Source: Candidatus Omnitrophota bacterium (GTDB lineage Bacteria; Omnitrophota; Gorgyraeia; S143-82). Taken from it: 64,000 bases of DNA. Under the pieces are notes generated by a model. It saw only the letters and a program-made list of their open reading frames with translations. It was not told the DNA's origin and ran no database searches. This document shows, one piece after another, positions 50,743-60,532 of this stretch. The stretch covers positions 1,335 through 65,334 of the forward strand of contig WGAY01000006.1 in assembly GCA_015494585.1 (NCBI GenBank). Direction: 5' to 3'. How positions within the stretch are numbered: position 1 is the first letter of the stretch; the number at the start of each line of letters is the position of its first letter. The position numbers and the translations under genes are program-made.

Positions 50743-51380
50743 TTTTCCTGGCCTCCTATGGGTTTTAATTCTATTACAGCATCTACTAATCCGTAATCCC
50801 TGGCCTCCTCGGCAGACATAAAATAATCCCGATCGGTATCTTTTTCTATCTCTTCAACTGCCTTTCCAGTATGAAGTGCTAGTATCTTGTTTAGTCTCTC
50901 TTTCAACTTCAGTATCTCCTTTGCCTGTATAGATATATCTGCTGCCGTACCCTGAACGCCGCCCCAGGGTTGATGAATCATAATACGCGAATTAGGCAAG
51001 GCATATCTCTTGCCTTTGGTACCAGCTGCAAGCAACACGGCACCCATACTGGCCGCTTGACCTATACAGTAAGTGCAGACATCTGGCTTTACAAAACGCA
51101 TTGTATCGTATATCGCTAGGCCACTGGTTACCGACCCTCCCGGAGAATTGATGTAGACATTTATATCCCTCTCTGCATCCTGCATCTGAAGGAACAACAA
51201 TTGTGCTATCACTAGGTTGGCAACATTGTCGTCAATAGCCGTCCCTATAAAAACTATCCTATCCTTCAGGAGTCTGGAGTAAATATCATAGGCCCTCTCG
51301 AATCTGCCCTCCTGCTCGACCACCATAGGCACAATATAGTTATTAACAAAGCTATCTACTGCCTTATTATCCATATGCAA
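50739..51380 (-). CDS. clpP: ATP-dependent Clp protease proteolytic subunit
   Basis: GQAASMGA with the catalytic Ser and the His/Asp triad context (IMIHQPWGG). Confidence 0.9.
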   Translation of the reverse strand: MHMDNKAVDSFVNNYIVPMVVEQEGRFERAYDIYSRLLKDRIVFIGTAIDDNVANLVIAQLLFLQMQDAERDINVYINSPGGSVTSGLAIYDTMRFVKPDVCTYCIGQAASMGAVLLAAGTKGKRYALPNSRIMIHQPWGGVQGTAADISIQAKEILKLKERLNKILALHTGKAVEEIEKDTDRDYFMSAEEARDYGLVDAVIELKPIGGQEK

Positions 51381-51458
51381 CCTCCCATTTACAATTGCCA
51401 GTATTAACCTAATATTTTAAAAGAAATAATCGCCTTTGATAAGTAAAAAAGATTTAAT

Positions 51459-52631
51459 CTATGAGGAAGGCAGGCGCCAGGAGTAATGTTCTTCAACAAA
51501 CCTCCTTGCTGATTCTGCGATCGCCTTCCGTAATTCAACATTATAGTACAGCCTTTCAATTGCATCTGCAAAACCAGAAGGGCTATCCTCTATCAGGATA
51601 TTTGAGCCATTGCTATAATTTATACCCTCTGCACCAAGCGAGGTAGAGACAACTGCCCTCCCCGCAGACATAGATTCTAGTATCTTGAGCCGACTGCCAC
51701 CCCCTATCCTCAGAGGGACAATAGAAAGCACTGAATTGTATAAATAGGGACGCACGTCTTCCACACTTCCGGTTACAATTACTCTATCACTAGAAAGGGA
51801 CCGGACCTTGCTAGATGGATTGCGTCCTACAATATATAGAATAATCTCAGGTATACGACTAGAAACCAAAGGCCAAATCTCCTTTATAAAGTAGAGCATG
51901 CCCTCTTCGTTAGGGAACCAATCCATAGAACCAACGAAGACTATCCCCTTCTCCTCGCCGCTATAAGGCCTGTACTCAAAGAATTCAAGGTCAACCCCGT
52001 TTGGCACAACAACCGCCTCCACTCCGAAGGTTTCTAAAAGAATCATCCTATCGTCCTCTGAGACCACCCATACCTCATCCACGCTCCGACAGACATCCCT
52101 TTCAAGGGCCTTAATCAATCCCTTCTCTCGCATAAACAGCAACCGCTTAAATAAAGAGGTCTCTTCCCTGGCAGCACGTTCTGCTATTAAATACTCCACA
52201 TTGTGTTCGTCTACTCGCAGACAACTATCTGGCGAAATAGAACGTAAGATTTGTAGATATTGTCCCATATGCAGGTGATCGCAATGGATAATCGAATATC
52301 TATTCTCCCTGACTAACCGAGTGAGAAGAGAGGAAAAATGAGAGGAAATATACCGCTGATAACTAATCGGACGCCCCTTGAGGAAGGCCGCAGTAACTAT
52401 GGAAAATAAATTATCTACCCTCCTTACCCCATAACAACGAATACCTAGCTTCTGCTCCAGTTGTTCTGCAGCATCTTTATCATGAGGAGAGAAGAAAAAG
52501 CTCAATAGATCAACACAATAGTCCTGTGTCAATAAGCGCAGGATATGATAGGTCCTTATTTTGCCCCCCGTATCCAGGGGATAGGGAATACGAGGACTTA
52601 AAAAAAGTAATCTATCTCTCCCCAACTTCAT
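51459..52631 (-). CDS. glycosyltransferase family 4
   Basis: GT-B fold with the EX7E-like region (GGSRLKILESMSAGRAVVST). The start is probably an internal Met, since the track ORF overlaps the radical SAM gene. Confidence 0.75.
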   Translation of the reverse strand: MKLGRDRLLFLSPRIPYPLDTGGKIRTYHILRLLTQDYCVDLLSFFFSPHDKDAAEQLEQKLGIRCYGVRRVDNLFSIVTAAFLKGRPISYQRYISSHFSSLLTRLVRENRYSIIHCDHLHMGQYLQILRSISPDSCLRVDEHNVEYLIAERAAREETSLFKRLLFMREKGLIKALERDVCRSVDEVWVVSEDDRMILLETFGVEAVVVPNGVDLEFFEYRPYSGEEKGIVFVGSMDWFPNEEGMLYFIKEIWPLVSSRIPEIILYIVGRNPSSKVRSLSSDRVIVTGSVEDVRPYLYNSVLSIVPLRIGGGSRLKILESMSAGRAVVSTSLGAEGINYSNGSNILIEDSPSGFADAIERLYYNVELRKAIAESARRFVEEHYSWRLPSS

Positions 52632-53730
52632 CTCCTTTTGCATCCCGCCACAAACCAGGGATATCTTCTCCACAATATGGACAATGTCCATTTTGAATAC
52701 GATTGAACAGTACCTTATAGCCTATCCTGCGGATTAAAATTTGTCCACACTTAGGACAATAGGTATTCTCATATTTATGTCCGGGGACATTGCCTATATA
52801 TACAAACCTGATGCCTGCCTTATGGGCTATCTCCACACACTCCTCTAGGGTCTTTACCGGGGTCGGAGAGACATTCGCCAACTTGTGGTTTGGATAGAAC
52901 CTGGAAAAGTGAAGAGGCACATCCCTGCCAAGGTTTTGGACAATCCAGTTGCACATTTTCTCAACCACATCTGGAGAATCATTGAAACCAGGTATAACCA
53001 GATTGGTTATTTCAAGCCAGGTCCCGGACTCCTTTATTATCTTAAGCGTCTGGAGCACTGGTTCTAAGGAGGCCATCAATCCCATCTGATTATAGAATTC
53101 CTCTGAGAAACCCTTCAGGTCAACGTTTACCGCGTCTATATACGGCAAAAGCTGCCTCAATGGCTCAGGGTTTACATATCCGCAGGTATGCATCCCATTA
53201 AACATACCAGCCTTTTTTACGAGGATGGCCGTATCGTACATATATTCGTAAAATACAGTAGGCTCGGTGTAGGTATAAACCACCCACTTGCTATTATATT
53301 CCTCGGCCAGCTTTACTATCTCTTCAGGAGATAGTCTATAACCCATAACCTCATCAGGACGGGCCTGGGAGATCTGCCAGTTCTGACAGAATAGACACCT
53401 CATATTACAACCAGCAACCGCTATGGAGAAGGCCCTGGCGGCAGGCCAGACATGGAAAAATGGCTTCTTCTCTATCGGATCAATATGTACCGCAACCGGA
53501 TTGCCATAACCATAGGTATAGAGCTGTCCATCTACATTTTCCCTGACCCCGCAAATACCCCTTTGCCCTAATGGAATAACACACCTACGAGGACAAAGCT
53601 GACACTGGACTAGCTTATCTTCAAGGGCCTTCCAGAAACGCGCCTTTTCCCTTGCCAGGATAGTATCCTGATTCCATAAGATAAAATAACTCAGAATAAT
53701 AAAAAGAAAAACAAGCCTCCGCCTTCTCAA
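52612..53730 (-). CDS. radical SAM enzyme, AmmeMemoRadiSam-system type, with hydrophobic N-terminal extension
   Basis: CQLCPRRC; DPIEKKPFFHVWP; CNMRCLFCQNW; C-terminal CPKCG...CPYCG zinc ribbon. N-terminus MRRRRLVFLFIILSYFILW looks like a signal or TM anchor. Confidence 0.7.
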   Translation of the reverse strand: MRRRRLVFLFIILSYFILWNQDTILAREKARFWKALEDKLVQCQLCPRRCVIPLGQRGICGVRENVDGQLYTYGYGNPVAVHIDPIEKKPFFHVWPAARAFSIAVAGCNMRCLFCQNWQISQARPDEVMGYRLSPEEIVKLAEEYNSKWVVYTYTEPTVFYEYMYDTAILVKKAGMFNGMHTCGYVNPEPLRQLLPYIDAVNVDLKGFSEEFYNQMGLMASLEPVLQTLKIIKESGTWLEITNLVIPGFNDSPDVVEKMCNWIVQNLGRDVPLHFSRFYPNHKLANVSPTPVKTLEECVEIAHKAGIRFVYIGNVPGHKYENTYCPKCGQILIRRIGYKVLFNRIQNGHCPYCGEDIPGLWRDAKGDEVGER

Positions 53731-53822
53731 AGTAGAATCCTCCCGATATTCTCTATTGACTTCTATTTTATGAACCTAAAAACAGGGTTTTGAATTGGAT
53801 AATACAAAGTTAATCTATTGTA

Positions 53823-55694
53823 TCACAAGAATATTTTAGCGTATTTAAGATAATTTCTAGTCATGGCCAGGAGGGAATGGGAATATATGTAGTGATGTAA
53901 TCTGGCCTGTTCCACCCTATATTCGTCAGCCTTATCTTTGTAATAAGAAACAAAACCCTTCATCTGCCTGTAAATCAGATCTGAAAGAAGACGCGAAGGC
54001 TCGCTATGCAGGTTTTTGAGATCTTCTAGGTCAGCATTCTCTAAAGTATCACTGGACACATCTACTATCCATCTGTACCCTAATTCTTCAAAGCGCTGCA
54101 GTCCTCCAGCATTGCTAGTAATAATAAGGGCTCCTTGATGGATTGCCTCATCGACCATAAGATTATAGCCTTCTTTGACTGATACAGCGAGATAAGGCAT
54201 ATTCGTCCTGGCTGCAAGTCTATAAAGTGCACCGACCTGTTTGCCCCTGGCATTCCACACAAAGTAAATATCATCAGTGTAGTCTGATCGGCCTATGGCC
54301 TCCTCAATAAGCCTCTTTATCTCCCCTGTTTCTGGATCATCGTTAGCCCCTCCCGCAAATACCAAAAATTTGGGTATCCAGTCCCTATCCCAGCTCTGAC
54401 GCAATAGATTATAGGCATCCACGGCCTGCAGGATCCCCTTCCAGGCATCTGCCCTCGCTCCTGTCAGAATAACCGGCTCACAGGAGAGGAAAAGCTGAGC
54501 TAACCGTTCATCTATTCCCATTAAAATCTCTGTCCATTCCTCATCAGGCCTATGTCTATTTTTTTCACTGAACACATCTATCCCCGGAGGTTGGGCAAAT
54601 ACCCTTTCCTTCTCTTGCCAGGATGAAGGTATAAGGTGAGGCTGGGCCAGTAGTATACCTCCCAACTCGCTTAATCTATTTAATACGCCATCGATATAGG
54701 TCCAGATCCGCCTGGCACCAGAGTTTTCCCCTGCATGCTCTATGCCACTTATGTCTATGTGCAGTCTAAATATCCATGGCCAAGTTTTTCTCTCAGAGGA
54801 ACCTGCGTTTTCCAAAAAGGCCTCCAGCGTTGAGACTACCTGAGGATCCTCAAAAAATACAGCCCCAATCTCTTCATCCTCCAAGATCCAGTTGAATATA
54901 ATGAAGTTATCCCTACCTACCCTCCTTAATATATCAATCTCCTCTTCTGAAATCTCCATATGTTCGCCCTGGATGATATTGTGTATTTTTTTGGTAACTC
55001 CGTAAAAACAAGAAGGACAATAAGGATGGACTATATGCCATTCCAGTTCAATGCCGTGATGCCTTAAAAACTTATAGAGACCTGGGACCATCTCTGCCAC
55101 TCCACCACCCGAAAAGGTGGCATTTATTAACACTACCTTTCTCTTGCCAGTCTGAAGTAAGGTCTTGGCCAATGTTTCTAATTCAAAAAATAATTGGTTC
55201 CCTGCCTCTCCCATAATCCTGACATATTCCCTTCTGTAGGCATCCCAATCTAAATCCAGCCTCATATCCTTAAAGTGAAACCTTATGATCTCCCTAACCC
55301 AATCCGGGTCTTTATCCGACAAAAATTTCAGGCTATCAACTATCCAGAAGTGCAGATAATCCTCAAGGTGCTTGTCTCTAGAAAGTACTTCCAGAGATGC
55401 TAAACCTCTTAAGTGACTGAAATATTCTTTCATTATGCCCACTACATCCGAAGGAAGGTCCTGTTTATTCCAGGCAAAAAATAGTGGGAGAGCCTCGCAC
55501 ATAGGGTCCTCAAGAACCGGACTAACTATATCCCAGAACCCCTGGAAATCTTTGTCCAGCAACATTCGATTACGAATCCTATCAGGTAAAGGATTCCCCA
55601 TAAACACGCCCCTTGCTGTTAGGAAGTATACAAAATTTCCCAAAAAAGGCAAGCAGAATGACCCAAAACTGAATAAGCCGGGATAACAGTCCAA
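53823..55694 (-). CDS. retaining GT4 glycosyltransferase, trehalose synthase (TreT)-like, with an about 200-aa N-terminal extension
   Basis: VVLINATFSGGGVAEMVPGLYKFLRHHGIELEWHIVHP ... FYGVTKKIHNIIQG resembles the TreT N-domain signature (NSTxFGGGVAE). C-terminal GT-B half present. The true start may be the internal Met. Confidence 0.6.
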   Translation of the reverse strand: MDCYPGLFSFGSFCLPFLGNFVYFLTARGVFMGNPLPDRIRNRMLLDKDFQGFWDIVSPVLEDPMCEALPLFFAWNKQDLPSDVVGIMKEYFSHLRGLASLEVLSRDKHLEDYLHFWIVDSLKFLSDKDPDWVREIIRFHFKDMRLDLDWDAYRREYVRIMGEAGNQLFFELETLAKTLLQTGKRKVVLINATFSGGGVAEMVPGLYKFLRHHGIELEWHIVHPYCPSCFYGVTKKIHNIIQGEHMEISEEEIDILRRVGRDNFIIFNWILEDEEIGAVFFEDPQVVSTLEAFLENAGSSERKTWPWIFRLHIDISGIEHAGENSGARRIWTYIDGVLNRLSELGGILLAQPHLIPSSWQEKERVFAQPPGIDVFSEKNRHRPDEEWTEILMGIDERLAQLFLSCEPVILTGARADAWKGILQAVDAYNLLRQSWDRDWIPKFLVFAGGANDDPETGEIKRLIEEAIGRSDYTDDIYFVWNARGKQVGALYRLAARTNMPYLAVSVKEGYNLMVDEAIHQGALIITSNAGGLQRFEELGYRWIVDVSSDTLENADLEDLKNLHSEPSRLLSDLIYRQMKGFVSYYKDKADEYRVEQARLHHYIYSHSLLAMTRNYLKYAKIFL

Positions 55695-55703
55695 AATGGA
55701 TAG

Positions 55704-55973
55704 TTATTCTCCAAAAGAATACACCTTTTCAACTGGCTCCAGTACCTCCCAGCGACACTTCAAGCCCTTTGGGAAAACAGCCAAATCACCAGCCTTTATC
55801 TCCACATCGCCTTCATCCGTATGGACAATAACCCGTCCCTTATAGAAATAGCAAGTTTCCTGCTCCGTGTACTCCCAGTCAAACTCTGAAACCGGACATG
55901 TCCAGGTCGGCCATTCAGATACACCCAGTCCCTTTAATTCCTGCTGTGTTGGCTGAGTAACCTTAATCTTCAT
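55704..55973 (-). CDS. small cupin domain protein
   Basis: An 89-aa beta-barrel cupin-like sequence (GRVIVHTDEGDVEIKAGDLAVFPKG). Confidence 0.55.
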   Translation of the reverse strand: MKIKVTQPTQQELKGLGVSEWPTWTCPVSEFDWEYTEQETCYFYKGRVIVHTDEGDVEIKAGDLAVFPKGLKCRWEVLEPVEKVYSFGE

Positions 55974-56014
55974 CGCCCACCTCCTTAGAATTTTGTAGAA
56001 AATAATACCTGCAA

Positions 56015-57625
56015 CTAGAAATCCAGGGCCCTAGGCCTTGCTGGTAGACCTGGCAGGGTTGTTATATTCCCTGCCAAGAGCACCACAAACCCTGCACCAG
56101 CGGATAAAAAGGCATCATTTATCTCAAACACATAACCCTTACTTACATCTATATCCACATGATGGGCAAAATTATATTGTACCTTTGCCACACATATGGG
56201 CAATCTGCCAAAGCCCGTATTTTCAAACAGAGAGATCTTTTCCCTTGCAAGAGGAGAAATACTTAACCCATTGGCGAAATAGACCTTTTGAGCCAAGATA
56301 TTTAATTTTTCTTCAATGGACATATTTGTATCATAAAGCCCCTGCGGAGAAGCATCTGCCTTCTCAATGAGAGAGTCTATGACATCGACTAACTCCTCTG
56401 AGCCTTCAGGCCCCCTTGAATAAAGATAACTCACCACAGCACCATCAGCGCCAGCATCACGCGCAAAACTACATAATCCCAGCAGGTCTTTTTCATTATC
56501 CGTAACCCTGGCATTAACCAACACCACAATTGGGACACCAAACCGCCTTGCTATAGAGATATGCCGTCTTAGATTGTCCTGCCCATACTCAGAGACTGCC
56601 TGAAGACTTGCTACGAGTACAACTAAATCAGGGTAATATCCACTGTAAAACGACTTTATATCAAAAAACTTCTCCCCACCGCAATCCATCCCAAAGCCTG
56701 CCTCTGTAAAGACATAATCCGCCAAAGACAAACCAATCCTGTCGGCAATAACAGAACTGGCGCCAATACTTATATTTGCAAACGGACCAGAATGGATAAA
56801 CACCGGTGTGCCCGAGCTTGATTGAACAAGATTGGGCATAAGGGCATCGGAAAGCAGACGAAGGACTGCATTCTCTGCACCTATATCAGAGAGGCAAATA
56901 GGCCCATGCATATCAGAAAATCCCAATACAATCCTCTCTAACCTAGCCTTGAAGTCCTGTTCATCCTTGCTGAGGGCAAGTATAGACATCAATTCAGAGG
57001 CAGCAGTAATACAGAACTGTGCTCTGTGCGGGAAATACCTTGACTTTCGGTCCCAGTTAATCCCAACAATTACCTCTCTAAGTGCCGCATCACTGACATC
57101 TATAGCACGAGGCCAGTTAAGTTCAGATACGTCAAAACCAAGCCTATTCCCCCTGAACAGATGATTGTCAATAAGAGAGGCAATAAAGTTATGAGCGCTA
57201 CTTATCGCATAGTTGTCTCCCGTAAAGTGCATATTTATATCCTCTTCCGGAAGGGCCCGACACTTTCCACCCCCTGTCCCCCCGCCTTTTATACCAAGGT
57301 ATGGACCAAGAGAAGGCTGTCTTATACAGGCCACGGCCTTTCTCCCACAATGATTAAATGCCATTGACAGGCCTATCGTCGTGGTAGTCTTACCTTCTCC
57401 AAACTTCGTCGGTGTCATTGCAGATACAAGGATATAGCGTCCCTTTTTAACTGCCCCATCCAACAGAGAAAGAGACAACTTGGCCTTATACCTACCATAA
57501 GGGATAAGATCTTTTTCTCGTATCTCTAATTTTTTAGCGATATCTCTAATATCTATCACAAACCTATCTCCTCTTATTATTTTCACATCAATCAAGTAAA
57601 ATCTAATATAATACAGTTTTCCCAA
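56015..57625 (-). CDS. fhs: formate--tetrahydrofolate ligase
   Basis: PTKFGEGKTTTTIGL P-loop and the GIKGGGTGGG glycine-rich loop typical of FTHFS. Confidence 0.8.
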   Translation of the reverse strand: MGKLYYIRFYLIDVKIIRGDRFVIDIRDIAKKLEIREKDLIPYGRYKAKLSLSLLDGAVKKGRYILVSAMTPTKFGEGKTTTTIGLSMAFNHCGRKAVACIRQPSLGPYLGIKGGGTGGGKCRALPEEDINMHFTGDNYAISSAHNFIASLIDNHLFRGNRLGFDVSELNWPRAIDVSDAALREVIVGINWDRKSRYFPHRAQFCITAASELMSILALSKDEQDFKARLERIVLGFSDMHGPICLSDIGAENAVLRLLSDALMPNLVQSSSGTPVFIHSGPFANISIGASSVIADRIGLSLADYVFTEAGFGMDCGGEKFFDIKSFYSGYYPDLVVLVASLQAVSEYGQDNLRRHISIARRFGVPIVVLVNARVTDNEKDLLGLCSFARDAGADGAVVSYLYSRGPEGSEELVDVIDSLIEKADASPQGLYDTNMSIEEKLNILAQKVYFANGLSISPLAREKISLFENTGFGRLPICVAKVQYNFAHHVDIDVSKGYVFEINDAFLSAGAGFVVLLAGNITTLPGLPARPRALDF

Positions 57626-57687
57626 AAACTAAATCAAATTATCTATATGTAACGACAGAAAAAGCCTATTTGCAGTTTTAGTCACTC

Positions 57688-57720
57688 AAAAAAATAGGCG
57701 GATGGAATCCCATCCGCCCA
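57688..57720 (-). terminator. rho-independent terminator downstream of the OMP gene
   Basis: Perfect 9-bp stem GGCGGATGG/CCATCCGCC with 4-nt loop, followed on the minus strand by a run of 7 T. Confidence 0.6.
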
Positions 57721-57755
57721 TTGAATAATAAGAAATCTCCCTAGTTAACACAACA

Positions 57756-59003
57756 CTAAAACTTCCACTGGAGTGTCAACTCAACGGAGGTCTGATACAT
57801 AGTAGATTTGATGGTTACAGGATTACCTAGAGGATCCGTACCAGATTCCTCAATAGATTCCTCAGGAGAGAACATGAAACCAAATCCAATGGAAAACCTA
57901 TCAGATGGATTGTACATAAACCCAATAGTGAAGTGGTCCTCACTTATAGCGGGAAAACCGAATACACGGAATGTTTCGTAATAATACTTATACATATTCT
58001 TCCCCTGAACACTGACCATATTAGACCCATTAAAACCATCGTAGGTGCGCAGCGGTGTCTTTCCATGGTTATATCCAAATCTCAAACTTAAGGAAGGACT
58101 AACCATATACTGAAACCCAACTGCATATACCAATTGATCACGCCAACCAAAGTCGGAGTAGCCGTCCGCACTGCCCCAGGAATAATACCTAAGGGCCGTC
58201 TCAACTACCCAGCGGTCTTCGTGATAGGCCAGACCCAAACCAATCATCTCTGGAGATTCTAAGTCCATCGAATCAAAGTCCCCATCCCCATCAAAGTCTG
58301 TTATAGTTTTATAACGGGCCTTAAGCGGAGACATATAGGTAAACCCTATAGATATTGGGTCTTTTCTATAAATAAGACCAAGCTGATACCCAACACCGAC
58401 ATCATCAGAGGTTCCAGAATTCATATCAAGGCTGGAATATCCAAGGTGAAGCGCTATACCAAATGATAGAGAATCCGTCAGCATCCAGGCAATATTAGGG
58501 GCAATCTTCATGCTCTTCAATTCCGTATATATACCAGAGGCATAAACCATAGAAGGCATCGAAGAATAGCGGCCATCGATAGAACTGCTCCTATAGTCTA
58601 CACCCATGCCAGAAACACCGAAAACCCCTATTCCAGCTCGACTTCTCTCTCCCAGTTTCCAGGCAAAACCAAGGGCAGGAATTGCAAAGAAGTCAGAATC
58701 GCTATCTTCTTTGGAATTTATCTCCCCCTGAATATAGAGAGATGCCTTGGTATGGGGCATAAAAAATGTTGTAGAACTCTCAAAGGCATAAGACTCAAAA
58801 CAATGAGCTGTACATATGGCTGCTGGATTGGAGAATATAGCACTGATTACATCCATAGGATAGGCAATGCCAACCCCACCCATAGACCTACTGGACCCAC
58901 CACAGGAAATCATATTATCTCCATTGGTAGTAAAGCCATTCACAGGTAAAAATCCCAGTACCATGACCAAACTTGACAACACGGCCACCAATAACCTTCT
59001 CAT
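57756..59003 (-). CDS. outer membrane beta-barrel protein (FadL/OmpP1-like candidate)
   Basis: N-terminal signal peptide, alternating amphipathic beta-strands rich in G/Y/S, and a C-terminal aromatic residue (…LQWKF). Confidence 0.5.
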   Translation of the reverse strand: MRRLLVAVLSSLVMVLGFLPVNGFTTNGDNMISCGGSSRSMGGVGIAYPMDVISAIFSNPAAICTAHCFESYAFESSTTFFMPHTKASLYIQGEINSKEDSDSDFFAIPALGFAWKLGERSRAGIGVFGVSGMGVDYRSSSIDGRYSSMPSMVYASGIYTELKSMKIAPNIAWMLTDSLSFGIALHLGYSSLDMNSGTSDDVGVGYQLGLIYRKDPISIGFTYMSPLKARYKTITDFDGDGDFDSMDLESPEMIGLGLAYHEDRWVVETALRYYSWGSADGYSDFGWRDQLVYAVGFQYMVSPSLSLRFGYNHGKTPLRTYDGFNGSNMVSVQGKNMYKYYYETFRVFGFPAISEDHFTIGFMYNPSDRFSIGFGFMFSPEESIEESGTDPLGNPVTIKSTMYQTSVELTLQWKF

Positions 59004-59079
59004 AGAACCTCCCTTGTTACTGTTTTCACATACTCTATGCCCTAATTTTATAAACCAAACTATTACCTGTCAAGTCGAA

Positions 59080-59865
59080 TCAATTAGGCATAAAACATAA
59101 ATCCTTTATATTCTTCCAAAGTGTTCTACCGCCAAGAAAAGCAAATGTATACAACTGTCCTCGCCTATAAAAATACCCGACAAAACACTGTCTTGCGGAC
59201 TTGGTAAATCCGGTCTTGCCCCGTACAAAAGACCAGTGTTTATTCCACAACAGCTTGTTATGGTTTACGACCCTTATTCTTCTACCTGCTTTGCTATAAA
59301 AGATGTATACCTTCTTTCCAAGTGCATCTGTTATCAATCCATATTTGATTGCAATCCGCATAAGCCTTGCCAGGTCATAGCTGCAACTAAACTGACCATT
59401 TGCAGGCAGACCTGAGGCATTCTTAAAAACAGAATTATGCAGGCCACACCGTCTTGCCTTCTTATTCATAAGTCTAGCAAATCCAGATTCTGTTCCGGCA
59501 GCTGCCTCTGCTAAGGCAACCGCAGCATCATTGGCCGAAGCCACAAGCAGCGCATACACTAAATCCTTGACCCGATAATATTCACCAGTTTTTAGATACA
59601 CCTTGGAAGGCTCAATACTCGCGGCCTTTTCTGATATCCTAACCCACCTATCTAGAGGAAGGGAATCTATAATAACCATAGCAGTCATAACCTTGACCGT
59701 GCTTGCAGGTGGCAGGTGTTTATACGGAGAAGCACTATAAAGTAGTGTGCCCTTTTTCCCCAGCAATGCCGCTGATTTCCAGTCTCCTGCCCAAACTAAT
59801 ATTGGAAGGGCAAGGGCAAAAAAAAGCAAACTAACGATCCAGAAAAGCTGCCTTTTTCTGGGCAT
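59080..59865 (-). CDS. dacA: D-alanyl-D-alanine carboxypeptidase (peptidase S11, short form)
   Basis: SxxK (ASTVK), SxN (SAND) and KTG (KTGFT) active-site motifs after a signal peptide. Confidence 0.7.
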   Translation of the reverse strand: MPRKRQLFWIVSLLFFALALPILVWAGDWKSAALLGKKGTLLYSASPYKHLPPASTVKVMTAMVIIDSLPLDRWVRISEKAASIEPSKVYLKTGEYYRVKDLVYALLVASANDAAVALAEAAAGTESGFARLMNKKARRCGLHNSVFKNASGLPANGQFSCSYDLARLMRIAIKYGLITDALGKKVYIFYSKAGRRIRVVNHNKLLWNKHWSFVRGKTGFTKSARQCFVGYFYRRGQLYTFAFLGGRTLWKNIKDLCFMPN

Positions 59866-60514
59866 AGAAGTCTCTTATCACCTCAAGGACCTGATCTGGG
59901 GTATCCACTACTGTAAATATATCCAAATCTTCTATATCTATCATACCCTCCTGAACAAGGGTCTTTTCCATCCACCTTATCATAGGTTTCCAAAATTTAC
60001 TATTAACCAGAATGACAGGGAATTCCCCTATACGTCTTGTCTGGATAAGGGTTATGGCCTCGATAAACTCATCCAGTGTGCCAAAACCACCCGGCAATAC
60101 CACAAAGGCCTTGGCATATTTTATAAACATCACCTTCCTTGCAAAGAAATAACGAAACTCTATCAATATATCTGCAAAGGAATTAGGTTTCTGCTCCATT
60201 GGCAGTCTTATATTCAATCCAACAGAAATACCCTTAGCCTTTTTGGCACCCTTATTGGCAGCCTCCATTACCCCAGGTCCACCACCTGTAATTATCGCAA
60301 AGCCTTCCTTTGCAAGTAAAAATGCTATCTCTTCTGCAAGTTTGTAGTTCTCACTATTTCGCTTGGAACGGGCAGAACCAAATATACTAACGGCCTCTCC
60401 TACTTGGGATAGAACTTCAAATCCCTCTATGAATTCCGACATAATTCTAAAGATACGCCAAGTCTCATTGGTATCATCGGGATTTATAAAGTCTAAAGGC
60501 GCCTTTCTTATCAT
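59831..60514 (-). CDS. LOG family protein (cytokinin riboside 5'-monophosphate phosphoribohydrolase-like, TIGR00730)
   Basis: GGGPGVMEAANKGA and PGGFGTLDE motifs. Confidence 0.75.
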   Translation of the reverse strand: MIRKAPLDFINPDDTNETWRIFRIMSEFIEGFEVLSQVGEAVSIFGSARSKRNSENYKLAEEIAFLLAKEGFAIITGGGPGVMEAANKGAKKAKGISVGLNIRLPMEQKPNSFADILIEFRYFFARKVMFIKYAKAFVVLPGGFGTLDEFIEAITLIQTRRIGEFPVILVNSKFWKPMIRWMEKTLVQEGMIDIEDLDIFTVVDTPDQVLEVIRDFYAQKKAAFLDR

Positions 60515-60532
60515 AGTCCCCCCTTTGATTGA

